A stretch of 64,000 bases of DNA from Torpedo marmorata (Eukaryota), in assembly GCA_977017645.1 (NCBI GenBank), contig OZ360242.1, positions 46,314,001 through 46,378,000 on the forward strand. The letters run 5' to 3'. Each line of letters opens with the position of its first letter. Position 1 is the first letter of the stretch. Positions 12,841 to 25,527 of this stretch are shown piece by piece. Below the pieces are notes generated by a model. That model was not told where the DNA came from. It did not search any database and was given only the letters and a program-made list of their open reading frames with translations. The position numbers were made by a program, and so were the translations under genes.

Positions 12841-14199
12841 CTGATCTCTGACATTACTGGGACTTCACAGGGAAGTTATTGAAGCTAGAGATATTCCTAT
12901 CCAGTTTCATGTTTGCCAATCAATTTTCATAGTGTGCCACTATATCACCCCTAATCCCATGTGCTTCATTTTTTTTTTGCACAATAATCTCATGGGACGA
13001 GTTCCAAAAATCTAATCAAAATACACTGGTTCTCCATCATTGTTGTACAGTTACATATATGCGGTAAAAAGGATCACAAAGCCATTTCAATGAAATCCAA
13101 GTGATTGGAGTATTTGTATAGAGTGAATTGTATATACCAGAAAATTGCTTGGAATACCACAAGACGTTTAACTCAGTCTTTGTTGCACATCATTCCCCTG
13201 CTGTAACCCAAAGGGTCTTAAATTCACCACTCTTAACAGGTGCATGACGAAGGACAAATCAAAACAACATGACAGTTTGCCAATGATCGATCCATTTGCC
13301 TGCCTCCCTCTCACTTTCCAGGTGTCATTCATGTATCCTATTCACCAAATTTAAAAGGTTCCCTTTAAATTACTTGGTACAAATAAACCTGTAATTGTAT
13401 TATTCTACCACAGTCATCCAGCAAATCCTAGTCATTGTTGCCTGCAGGGAATAAACTGTCTTGGCCTGTTGGTGTTGTCACGCAATGCCTTCATTCTGAA
13501 AACCACATCCAGTATTCTTAAAGCAAAAAGAAAAAGCAAATTTTGCACAGAAAACAATTATTTGTAGCTTTATTTTTCCTCAAGGACTAGAGAGAATAGT
13601 CGATTGCTAATCAGTTATAAAACAAGAATAATTCGTTAGACATGAACAAGTTACTTAAATGAAAAAATAGAGCTGCTGGTAAGCAATTCACCGAATTAGA
13701 TATACAAAACTATTACCATGAAACAATAAAACTATAACCATGAAACAATAAAAGGCTACATTATATCTTAATTAGTTTCCCAACCCCCAAAATAATAATT
13801 ATTTCCATTCTAACAAACACCGGACTATCCACAAAGTATTTGCTGCAAATACATTTATAGGGATGTATCTGATTCTGGTTGTTCCACGTTATACTAGACA
13901 GTCAATCCAAAAAAAATAGATCACAGGATAGGTTTATCCATTCCCCGGAAGGAAGCAAAAGAACAAATAAACGACAGAACTACTAATCCAAATTTCCAAC
14001 ATCGACAAAAGAAAAACAATCTATGGATTCAAGAGGAATATATTCAATGTAAAAGTTAGGGGGAAGTTTAGCAATTAGAACGGACACGTGGCAAATTTCT
14101 GGGACGTGGAGCTGGGGAATTCGGGTAGTTTGTGTACAGGGAATTGACTGGGCCGGATACCACGCCTTCAGAGTTAAAGCCAACATTGGATGGTATGCC

Positions 14200-14640
14200 A
14201 ATCAGTACATGTAACATCGTGCCTCACGGACACTCCGGGCACCAGGTTGGGCCCAAGAGGGGACGGGAAGCGGTGAAACCGACAGGCGGATGACGCCAAA
14301 CCGCTGTCCGACCCGCCGCCGCGGCCTCCTCGAGCGGGCAGGTCCTCGGAGCCCTGGGGCACCCGTGTCGGGTGGGTTATTCGGACGACGGCCCGTTACT
14401 CACCGGGATCCCTTCGGTCGCTGCGCACCCGTGGTTGTCACCTCAGCCGCCTGCTCCCCAGTTCTTTAAATCCAAACCATCACAACCAGGCAGCTTTCCG
14501 CCGCAATTGGCCGGCGGCCCCGGGCGGCCCACCTCATACGCTGAGCAGCAGCCAATCACGGCGCGCAGTGTCGTCACGCACCCATTTCGCATGACCTCAG
14601 AGCGGCGCCGCTCCCGCAGTCAGCTGCCTTTGTGAATGGC
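14200..14640 (-). promoter_or_regulatory. NDE1: CpG island: proximal NDE1 promoter and candidate non-coding first exon ending at 14404
   Basis: High GC/CpG; minus-strand donor CCG|gtgagt at 14404/14403; CCAAT boxes at 14506-14510 and 14552-14556; about 5 kb upstream of the NDE1 ATG exon. Confidence 0.75.
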
Positions 14641-16114
14641 AGTTAGTCCGTAAATGCTCTTGACCTTTATTCCCATCAGCTGAGCCTCCCACCTGTCTAC
14701 TGACACCTTCAAAGAATCTGTTCTGAAACATTCAGTTGTTTAATTCCCGTGCAAAGAGTAGGCATTTCTAATACAGATTGTTTCTTTCTAATATCTCATA
14801 CAATTTCTTTATCTTACTAGTGTATCGCATCTGCAAACATCTTACGGAGTTTTAACCAATGGGCTTTGCACGCAACAACCGAAGTTACCCACAGCCAGTC
14901 CACAGATTTCCGTGGAAACGCAGACTATGGGAATGCAGTGTATTCAATGCTACTCGATCATCAGATGGTTTCTTCATTAAAGCAATGCTTTTCCACGCTG
15001 TGCAAGTAGAGATTTTTGAATAAATTGAAAGCTTTTCCAACACATTTCTGAACAACATTGTCAATGCGCTCAAATTCTTTTTTCATGTTGTGCACTTAAA
15101 GCTTCCCGATGTTTTAGGTTAACATTTTGTCAAAATCACTCTTATGAAAGCCAAAATAAAGACGAGGAAAGCCATTCCGTTGTAGCCATTCAGATTGCCC
15201 TACAATTCTTCTGCCGTAATCGCCGAGTCTTATTTATTTATAAATCTATGGAATATAGAAAGATATATTTTATTTTTCACTATTTTGCCCCCGTGGACTA
15301 TATGGTAATTTAATTTGAAGCAAACTTTAAATTTGGCATTCTTAATATATTTTTGTCCTTGAACACCGAGTGTCATTTTGCAAATAGGAATGTCACTCTC
15401 AATAATTGCATATTTTAGTGACTTTCACCACTGAATCCTCCGAGCACCATGTAAAATAACTATTTTAAATGAAAAAACACGCCAACAGCTCCTGATAACA
15501 ATGTAATCAAAAATCAACATAGATTATGAAACGATCATTATGCAAATACTCAGTTTAGAGAATGGATATTCATGACCACTGACTCAGACCATCGACTAAC
15601 CGTGAATATTTAGTTATTTATCTTTTCCTCCTTTTATAATCGTAATTTTTATCTTACATTTTATGTACCTGGGAAGCTGTAGCAAGTGGGACTTACATTG
15701 CATCTGTACATTGTACTTGTGATAAATATAAACTTGAAACTTCATGTTAATTCCACATGTGAACATTTTAAACAATTATCTTTCTGAACAGGTAATAAGG
15801 ATTTGAAATTGCTTTGGAAAATAATGTTTCTTTTTGATTGTCTTAACTTAGATGCAATGGGCATATTTAAATTGTTAAATTTGTTTGTTTCCTGTTTTTC
15901 AATGTTGCTGTGTCATGTGCTGACTCCCATCCATTTGGAGATCTTCCCTAAACAATTTTTTTGGGAAAAGATGGCAATACAACATTATTGAGTAACACAT
16001 CTCATAAAATAGTTTATAAACTAGAGGTGGATTGCAAGGAAGTGAGAAATAAAGAGAGAAAAAAAATTACAGTGACAATTCATATACTTAACCTCAAAAG
16101 TTCAAAATTATTGT

Positions 16115-17870
16115 CAGAGTACATACATGACTCACATACAACCCTGAGACTCTTTTTTCATGCAGGCCAGGCAGAATTTCTACTTATCGGTAACTGTCAA
16201 TCATACTCAAGAAAAAGAGAGAAATGTAAACAAAGAAAGAAATGTAAACAAACTGACTGCAATACAGAAAAAAAGAAATATTCAGTAATAAATAATGTGC
16301 AAAGCAAGAGTCCTTAAATGAGTCACTGATTGAGTTTGTTAAGGAGTCTGATAGATTTAAAAAAAAAATATTTTATTTAAAATTTTAAATCACACAATAC
16401 ATGTTTATAAAATACAAAATTATCAGAATACATGTGATATATTTTCACCCTCCGCTCCCTCCCTTTCCCCTCGCTAACCCACCCACCCCTATTACTCCAA
16501 TAATATAGAAAGAAAAAAAAAAGTAATTGGAGAATGTCAATCTAAAAAAAAACAACTATACATTAATTTTATTGTGGAACACAGGTTCACCAGTCAGACC
16601 TGATATCGAGAGATCCTCAAATCTTTAAACCCACAGTCTTTATATATGGGCTCCATATTTTCAAAAAGAAATGATATTTATTATGTAAATTATAAGTAAT
16701 TTTTTCAAGTGGTATACATGAACGAAGTTCTGCATGCCATCTTTCTAACCCTAAATCCACATCAGACTTCCATGTAATAGCAATGCATTTCTTTGAAACA
16801 GCTAAAGCAATTTGCAAAAATTCTATTTGATACATATTTAATCTCATTTTAATACTAATTCTTTTAATATCTCCAAACAAAAATATCATAGGATTCATTG
16901 GGAGTGTAATTCTTAATACTATGTCTAAAAACTTTTTAACTTTCAGCCAAAAAGCATGTATCCTTGGACAAAGCCACGTAGAATGTACAAAGGTGCCTTC
17001 CTCTCTATTACATCTAAAACATAAATCTGAGTCTCGAATTAAATTTCTTTCGTTTCTTAGGCGTTAAATATAATTGATGCAAAACGTTGTATTGCACTAA
17101 CCTATATCTAACATTAATAATTTTTGTCATACTTTATTTACATATTTCTTTCCAATGTTCTTCATCTATTATTACATTCACATCTGATTCCCATTTTAAT
17201 CTTGATTTATGAATCCCTGGTTTAGGCATTTTTTTCTGTAACAATCTATACAATTGAGAAATAAATTTATTTATACCCCGATTAGTAACTAATGATTCCA
17301 ATTCACTTTGTCTTGGTAAAATTAAACTATGACCTAACTTTTCAACTAAAAAAGTTCTTATTTGATAATAAGCAAAAAGTGTATTATTTAATACATTAAA
17401 CTTCTCATTCATTCTTTGGAAAGTAATAAATTTACTAGCTTCAAAACAATCATTTACTTTTTTAATCATTTTTTGAAACCAAATTTTAAACAATTGATTA
17501 TCAATAGTAAATGGGATATTTATTTTGGTATAAAGGCATTTTACAAGAAATTAACCCTCTCCCTCCTATCTCCCGATCCACTTTATTCCATATTTCTAAC
17601 AAATGTTTTAAAATACGAGAATTTTTACCTCCACTTAATAATAATTTAGGAGTCTGATAGTTGACGGGTAGCAACTGTTCCTAAACCTGGTGGTACGAGT
17701 CTGGTAGCAGCAAGAACAGAGCATGTGCTGGGTGGTGTGGATCCTTGATGATTGCTGCTGTTCTCCATCAGCAGCACTGCATTTCGATTTTCTCGATGAT
17801 GGGAAGGGTTTTACCTGTGATGTACTGGGCTGTGACCACTGCCTATCATGGGGCTTTCCACTCAGAGGTA
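16115..17870 (-). mobile_element. Rex1 family B 3' fragment split by an L1-like insertion
   Basis: The tail at 16115-16354 continues at 17648-17870 (reverse complement of the 11.9-12.2 kb copy). Confidence 0.7.
16355..17647 (-). mobile_element. L1-clade LINE 3' fragment, same family as 1105-3319, with 13-bp TSD
   Basis: ORF 16617..16898 is nearly identical to 1388..1717. TSD AGGAGTCTGATAG at 16342-16354 and 17648-17660. Confidence 0.9.
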
Positions 17871-17984
17871 AAGATAAAGGTTCCATTATTGTCACGTAAT
17901 ACTACATTTAGAATGTAACATACATGAAATTCTTTCATTTTTGTCTACCGTAAGGCAGACAGAGAGTCGCTACTTTGTCCAGCA

Positions 17985-19035
17985 CCCAATTGTATTGGTA
18001 CCCCATACAAGGCCGTGATGAAGCCCATCAGCACTTTCCACTACACATCTGTAGAAGTTTCCCAAGGTTTCTGATATCATACCGAACCTCCGCTCTACCA
18101 ATAAGCGGTCATTCTGCCTCGTCCGCAAGAAAAAGAATCTCAGGTTTGTATGTGATGTCATGTCACGAATGGAGAGGGTGAGTAAATTTAAGTTCTTGGG
18201 AGTCACTATCTCGGAGTATCTTTCATGAACCCAACATATACATTGATGTGAAGAAAGCACGTCAGCACCTCTACTTCCTCAGGTGCTTGCGGAGGTTTGG
18301 TATGACATCGGAAACCCTGGCAAATTTCTACAGATATGTGATGGAAAGTGTATTGCATTGCAGCTGCATTGCAGTCTGGTAATGGGGACACCAATACCCC
18401 TGAGCGGAAAGCCCTGCAAAAGGTAGTGGACACAGCTCAGGACATCACAGGCAAAACCCTCCCCACCATCGAGGACATCTACAGGGAACGCTGCCATCGG
18501 AGAGCTGCAGCAATCAAGGATCGACACCACCCAGCACACACTCTGTTCTCGCTGCTACCATCAGGAAAGAGGTGTAGGTGCCACAACTCGCACCAGGTTC
18601 AGGAACAGCTGCTATCCCTCCACCATCAGACTCAACAACAAACGCAATCAGGGACTCATTTAAGGACTCTTACTTTTGCACTTTATTGATTTATTTCTCT
18701 CTGTATTGCAGTTTGTTTACATTTATTTGTTTGCATGTATACATATCTTCTTGAGTACAGATTTTTGCACTACCAGTAGGTGGTAATTCTGCCTCATTTG
18801 CAGGAAAATAAATCTCAGGGTTGTATACGATGTCATGTATGTACTCTGACAATAAATCTGAACTTTGAATAAACTCCTGAAGAAGTAGGGGTGCTGACGT
18901 GCTTCATGATGACATTAGTGTGTTGGGTTCAGGAAAAGTCCTCTGAGATAGTGACTTCCAGGAATTTGCTCACCCTCTCCATCTCTGATTCCCCAATGAT
19001 CACTGGATCTTATGCCTCTGGTTTTCCCTTCCTAA
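17985..19035. mobile_element. Cluster of Rex1 family B fragments in both orientations (main copy +, about 18167-18870)
   Basis: GDTNTPERKALQKVVDTAQDITGKTLPTIEDIY; inverted fragments at about 17985-18100 and 18875-19035. Confidence 0.78.
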
Positions 19036-20989
19036 AGACCTCGTTGTTTGATTTCATAACTGCCAGCTGTGAGGGGAATGCAAGACTGGCAGGGAAGAGG
19101 AGTGTTCGGGCTACGTGTAGTGAGGACTGAATAAGAACATTAAAGTAAAATGTATTTTCAAGGAGCAGCACAAATTCAACCTGAATAATGAACAAAATAC
19201 CTTGTACAATGTATATGACATTAAACTCATTATCAACATTATTTTAGTCTCCCTTAAGCAGCCCTTATAATGCAATAAACTACTCAACAATGCTCACTGG
19301 AATTTATAAGAATGAGAGGGATCTTATTGAGACATACATATCAAATAACATATTTGAGGTGAGTGTCTAAATTGACACGAAGTAGTCAATTTAGGATACC
19401 AGGAATTCCTAATCAAATTAGAATCAATTGAGTTAACATCGACTTGATGGGCCAAAGGGCCTGTTTCTGTGCTGGATCACGCTGAGCACACCAATGTTCC
19501 TTTCCACCTTTATTTTTAAATAAGGTGAATATGTCAGTGTTTTTGTTCTCTGGTGGTCCATTTTAAATCTGGAAAGCTTGCAAAGAAATTGGTAACCATT
19601 TTGAAATACTATGTTAAAATCAGATGTGGGGAATAACAACATTTAAATTGCTTTCATTACTAAATATACTTTCAGAAACTTTAAAGTGAACAGCACATTT
19701 ATCTTTTTTATACATTTGGAACACTTGCATTGTTCGTCCTGCTATGAATAAACTAGCATGAACATCAGCATTTCTTAAATTACATATGTTAATGCATGGT
19801 CAAGTCTCCCAGAACCCCATTGTTTCCATGAGAAATTGTTACTGGGTTCAAGAAAAGAAATCTTTGAAAATCTTCTGCAAACAACTCCTTTTCTCACCGC
19901 CCATTTTCAATAGGATCATTTTACAAAGGAATCAATTGATCATCACAAATAGCAAATTCAAATGCTAATGTAGTTCCCACCAAGCTCTTTTTTGTAATGT
20001 TCAGTGGTTTTACTTCAGATCCTAGTTTCCCATGCAGGGAAATGATGCATGTCAAACAGTAATGCTGCAGTAATGCTAAAATAAAATGACTATGGAAAGG
20101 TGCACGAATAAACAAATACTCCTTGTTCATCAGTTGAAAGCAAAATATTAGAAACAAATTTTAAGTTTAACAATGGAGTCATGTTTATTGGCTTGAAAGA
20201 TCAAGTTACAAATTGAAGACATGAATAGAGAGACCTATGACTGGAGTCCAGTTGTATAAAGGCAAACAGCAAAGATTCAATGTTATTCTTCTGGGAAACC
20301 ATGGCAGTGATTAACAGCATTCTTTTAAATGCTCTTCTCACGTGGATTCATCACGAACAATGGAAAAGCTTAACATTTTCCCTCTTATAATAAACTATCA
20401 CGAGGAGTGATGCAGTACAATAGAGTATATACATTTTCAATGTGAGAGTTGTAAACAATGCACAGCAAGACCCATTTTCCCAGCCAGGCAAAACACACTT
20501 GCACATTTGCAAGCTCCCATAGCATTTATCTTCTTCCAGTGAAGAACACAGTTCATGGGAGAAACAAAGCAATAATAAACACGTTGCTGAGTACGTTGCT
20601 GTCACATAAATTACTCCATTAGGTTCCACATCTACAATTAAGACAAAGATTTAATGCAAAGTTAACCATTTTTACCAAACTGGATTGCTAGAACAAAGTT
20701 AGTTGAAGGAAAATCTGTCATCAGTCTGCAAGTATTTTTATTGATATACCAGTGAAGAAGGCTCAAATCTGCATGACATCTGACTTTGTTCCTGTTTGTA
20801 TGCCATTGTAAGTAACATCAGAACTACCGGTAGTAACAGTTGGAGAAAAAAAACAAGATTTAAGATGGAACGGTCAGGTGTGATAGATGGAGAAGAGAAC
20901 AAGAGGAAAAGTTTGTGACAGATTCAGAGATCACCTTTGTCATTTAACATGACAAACCTGAATCATCTGCAACCATCTTCAGTCAGAAG

Positions 20990-21465
20990 TAAACACGAAA
21001 ATCTGTAGAGACCGTGGTTAGAGTAAAAAACACAAAAGCTGGAGAACTCAGCAGGTCAAACAGTGTCTTTTATGTAGCAAAGGAAGAAATACATAACCGA
21101 CGTTTCGGGCTTGAGCCCTTCTTCAAAGTATGAGAAAATGCCGGCAGACGTCCGAACAAAGGAGTGAGGGGGGAAGGGGGGGGGTGGCAAAGGCAGGAGA
21201 TGATAGGTGGAGAAAGGAGGGAGGGGACAGCAGCAAAGAGGGGGAGGAGGGGTGGCTGGGTAGCTAGAGGAAACCAGGAAGGACAGGTGAGGGGGGAGGG
21301 GAAGGGAACAACAAACAGGTTTAGTGGAAAGCAGAAAAGTCAATGTTAATTCCATCTGGCTGGAGAGTGCCGAGACGGAATATGAGATGTTGTTCCTCCA
21401 ATTTGCGGGTAGTAAGGGTGGGATGGTACATGAGGCCATGGACAGACATGTGAGTGTGGGAGTGC
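20990..21465 (-). mobile_element. Penelope-like element 3' end
   Basis: Reverse complement of the 12.4-12.8 kb element; contains the GIY-YIG C-terminus and a hammerhead-like motif. Confidence 0.85.
21092..21132 (-). ncRNA. Minimal hammerhead-ribozyme-like motif of a Penelope terminus (variant core)
   Basis: Minus strand reads CAUACU UUGAAGA A GGGCU-CA-AGCCC GAAAC GUC GGUUAUG: stem II, GAAA, a palindromic ACGU mini-stem III and a GUC site. The core is UUGANGA rather than CUGANGA. Confidence 0.6.
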
Positions 21466-21619
21466 TCGGTTGATCTATCTCTGCTAGCCATTAACCCAGA
21501 AGCCCATCTTCATTCAATTTGATTCAGTCACTTTATATGATTAATGAGCTGAGAGTAAAGGCCTCAACAGTTGACTAAAATGAGTCATGTATAGAGCCAA
21601 GCTGTTCCAGTAAAAAAAA

Positions 21620-23420
21620 AAAAAATGCCCACTATTTAAGAACAAAGAGTGACAGAAAAAAGGAACCCCAGACCAGTTACCTAATATTGATGCTGGAAGC
21701 TGTTATTAAAATACTTGGAAAATAATAATAGCTCTGGAAAGGGAAACCATGTTTGACATATCTGTTGTATGCTGTATCTGTTGCATTCAGATGATGTGTC
21801 TGCAGATTTAAGGTAAATAACAATAGATAAGAATGATGGATGCAATGTATTTAGATTTTAAGAAGTCCTTTTATAAGGTGCCATTCATTTTGTCGATAAA
21901 CAAAATTAGAGCACATTAGATTGTGGCATAACATGCTGTCCTGGGTTGAGGATGGGTTAATTGGCATTACACAGTGGAAATAAACTGTTTTTGGGTTGGG
22001 ATGTTGCAGGTATCAGTGCCTGCTTTTCACAATCCCTATCAATAATTTGGATGGGGAGCCAGATGCAATATATCCAAGTTTGCCGATGATACAAAAATGC
22101 AAATTGTGGAGGTTGAAGACAGGCTTCAAGGGGGATAGACACAATTAAATAAATGAGTGAGGATATGGCACCCAGAAAATCAAGTAGGAAAATGTGAGGT
22201 CGTCCATTTCAGGGTAAGTTGATGTGAGGGATTGAAAGATGTAGATTGGGGAGCAGGTAGCAGAGGCTGCAGTTTCAAGGGAGGCAAGCTTACGGTTCTT
22301 GATGGACGCCAGGTAGGTGTAGAGCCGGCGGTTGAACGCGTGGATCCGGCGGCGGATGTAGTATAGGAGGGGTCCGTAGATTGTTCAGAGGTACTTGGAA
22401 GTAACTAACTATACCCATTAAAAGGTTTAACATGAAATTCAAAAGTAAACAGTATATTTAACTTTTAATGCAAATTATTTGGAAGACAAGAGCAAAAACA
22501 TCATGCTAAAATTACACAAGACCTTAGGTAGGGTGAGACTGTACTTGAAATATTACATACATACAAGTCTGTCTGGTCTCCCAATCTTCCCCGCTGCCAT
22601 CAGATTCCTGAATGATCAATGAACCAATGACACTGCCTTACTTTGACTTATCATGCTCTATTTTTATTTATTTTTGTAAGGTGGTTTATATTAACGTTTG
22701 TACTGTGATACTGCCGCAAAGCTAACGAATTTCATGACATGTTCATGACAATAAATTCTGATTCTGATCTAAGGAAGGATTTACTTGCATTTGAGCAACA
22801 CAATTAAAGTTTACCAGATTGAGTCCGAGGTGATGAGATTAAAAAGACTGGGCCAATATTCTCTAATCTTTAGAAAAATAAAAGGTGATTTCAGCGAATT
22901 CTTATGGGAATTGATAAAAGAATGATGATACCCCTGGCTGGGACATCAGAATCAGAATTTATTGTCATGAACAAGTCATGAAATTCGGTGTTTTGCAGCA
23001 GCATCAAAGTGCAAGCATTCATATTATAACCATCTTACGATATTACTATAAAAATATATAAATAATAGTGCACGAAAAGTAAGGCAGTGTCATTGGTTCA
23101 TTGATTATTCAGGAATCTGATGGCAGCGGGGAAGAAGCTGTCCTTGTGCCGTTGAGTGCTCGACTTTAGGCTCCTGCACCTTTTTCCCCGATGGTAGCAG
23201 AGTGAAGAAGGACATAGGGTCGAAGAGGTCATTCTGCACTGAGATCAGAAGAAATGGCATCTCTTGGAGAATAAACCTTTCAAATTCTCTGTTGAAGAGG
23301 GCTGTGGCAGCTTGGTCATTGAACATATTAAAGACAGATTAATACATTTTTGGATATTATGCTATTCAACAGATAGTGCTGCAGTAAATGGTCTTATTGA
23401 ATGGTAGAGAAGGCTGGAGG
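21620..23420 (+). mobile_element. Old degraded CR1 copy carrying nested Rex1 tails (22590-22770 +, 22945-23212 -) and a 127-bp insert
   Basis: [14 protein letters not shown] and KCEVVHF remnants; (TTCTGA)n Rex1 tails. Confidence 0.7.
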
Positions 23421-23882
23421 GACTGCCTTTACCCATATGAGGCAATAAATCTGATGAAAAAAAAGGACCAGGGATAGGTCATATGGTGTTGCCCACCTAA
23501 TCCACCCATTCAACGAGTTCACATCAGATCTGATCTTTGGCCTTATACCAACCTCTCCTGACCAACCCCCATAATTTTCAATACCTCTTACCTAAAAATC
23601 TTACTTTTGAATATACTGCAAGATCCTGAACATACAGCTCTCTGATGCCACAGTCATCAGAGATGAAATAACTTGCCTCAGTGAAGTCACCAAGCTGATA
23701 TTCTGAAATTAAAAACAGAAAATTCTGGAAGCATACAGAGGGTCAAGTGACATATATGGAGAGAGAATCAACATCAGCCTCAAGTTAGTGAATCTTAATC
23801 AGAACTGGAAAAGTGAGCAAACAAGCATTCACCGTGGAAGCTCTCAATATTGAAGTTGAAATCAACCACAACCCTATTATTT

Positions 23883-24292
23883 TTACTAAAAACACACAGA
23901 AAAGCTAGAGGAACTCAGCCGGTCTCGCAAAGCTAGAGGAACTCAGCCGGTCTCGCAGTGTCCATATGAGGTAAAGATATATTACTGACATTTCGGGCCA
24001 GAGCCCTTCAAGGTACAAGCAAACAGGAAGGAGTCAGAATAAAGACTGAAGAATGGGAGGGAGAGGAGTCCAGACCAACAAAAAGTGTTAATGGGATTTG
24101 ATAAGAGGAAGGGCAAAAATTGGTTTTGGCTCTGTGAAAGGAGACAGAGAAAAAAGGGAAGAGAGAGACAGACAAAGGTGGGGGAAAGGCAATATATCTT
24201 TACCTCCTATGGACGCTGCAAGACCGGCTGAGTTCCTCCAGCATTTCTGTGTTTTTACTACAATCACTATCTGCAGACTTTTGTGTTTCACT
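23883..24292. mobile_element. Penelope terminal fragments in inverted orientation
   Basis: GAGGAACTCAGCCGGTCTCGC (28-bp tandem duplication) paired with GCAAGACCGGCTGAGTTCCTC. Confidence 0.7.
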
Positions 24293-24299
24293 CCTATTA

Positions 24300-24620
24300 C
24301 TTTTACCTCTGCAATTTTTCTACATAGCTGCTCTTCAATCACTGTGAGGAGGCCTGTAGTATAATCCCCAGCTAACTGATCACCCTCTTTTTGTTCCCAA
24401 GCTCTATCCACCTCATTTGAACAGCCTTCTAGGACATCATCCCTCATTAATTTAGTAATGGACTCTTCAATCAATATCACAAAGAAGCCACATCCTCTTT
24501 TTACAACATTTCCCTCACGTTTGAAGATTCTATACCCTGGAATGTTGATTTGCCAGTCTTGACTTTCCTTCAAGTATATTTTTGAAATAGCAACAATATC
24601 GATGTTTCAGGTTCACCTGC
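24300..24620 (-). mobile_element. Degraded CR1 endonuclease-region fragment
   Basis: QDWQINIPGYRIFKR, typical of the CR1 APE region. Confidence 0.7.
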
Positions 24621-25012
24621 CTTACTAACTAGAGACATTGCAGTAAAATAGATGCAAGTTAGTCTTGTATTCTTGTGTCTTATCACACCTACTTTCTCTA
24701 ATGCTGGACCAGCTTAGTTTCCTATATGCATTAAAGAAGTATCTCTGAACAATAAAATATAGAACAACTTCATTCAGTCTTTAAGCAGAATGGTTCATCC
24801 TTACTCACTTATTAAACTACACAAAACATTCACTAGTTAACACAGTACAGGCTCTCTCACCAAATGGTCAGTACAGCTCTTTCACCAGCTATTCAGTTCA
24901 GTATGGTCCTGCTCTCTATCTAATAGTACAACTCAGACACTCATCAAGCAGGGTGTGCCACAGCCTCTTGTCCTCTCCAACTTAAAAAAAAAATCCACAC
25001 ACTCGTGAAACA

Positions 25013-25247
25013 GTCCAACACAACCCCACTTACTAACTGGTCCAACACAACCCCACTTACTAACTGGTCCAACACAACCCCACTTACTAACTGGTCCAAC
25101 ACAACCCCACTTACTAACTGGTCCAACACAACCCCACTTACTAACTGGTCCAACACAACCCCACTTACTAACTGGTCCAACACAACCCCACTTACTAACT
25201 GGTCCAACACAACCCCACTTACTAACTGGTCCAACACAACCCCACTT
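25013..25247. repeat. Perfect 27-bp minisatellite, about 8.7 copies
   Basis: Unit GTCCAACACAACCCCACTTACTAACTG repeated with no spacers. Confidence 0.97.
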
Positions 25248-25384
25248 GCAAGCTCACTCACACATGACCTATCTAATAGACACTGCCAACTGACTCACCC
25301 ATTACTTAACTACCTGTAATTGGTCTGACCCAGCCCCATTCATTGATTTGTGACTGAACTTGTCTTCTTCTTCTTCTTCAGGCA

Positions 25385-25527
25385 AAAAGCACAAATGCTG
25401 GAGAAACTCAGCAGGTCAAACAGGGTATTTTATGTAGCAACATAAAAGACACTGTTTGACCTGCTGAGTTTCTCCAGCATTTGTGTTTTTTACTTCAACC
25501 ACGGTGTCCACAGATTTTCGTGTTTTA
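25385..25527. mobile_element. Palindromic Penelope-terminus insertion with 15-bp flanking direct repeat
   Basis: Hairpin of about 110 bp; CTTCTTCTTCAGGCA at 25370-25384 and 25528-25542. Confidence 0.75.

Noticed and set aside
25013-25247. CRISPR array or repeat protein (ORFs 24944..25261 and 25005..25319)
   Set aside because: Units are contiguous with no spacers, the context is eukaryotic, and the ORFs are by-products of a 27-bp unit.
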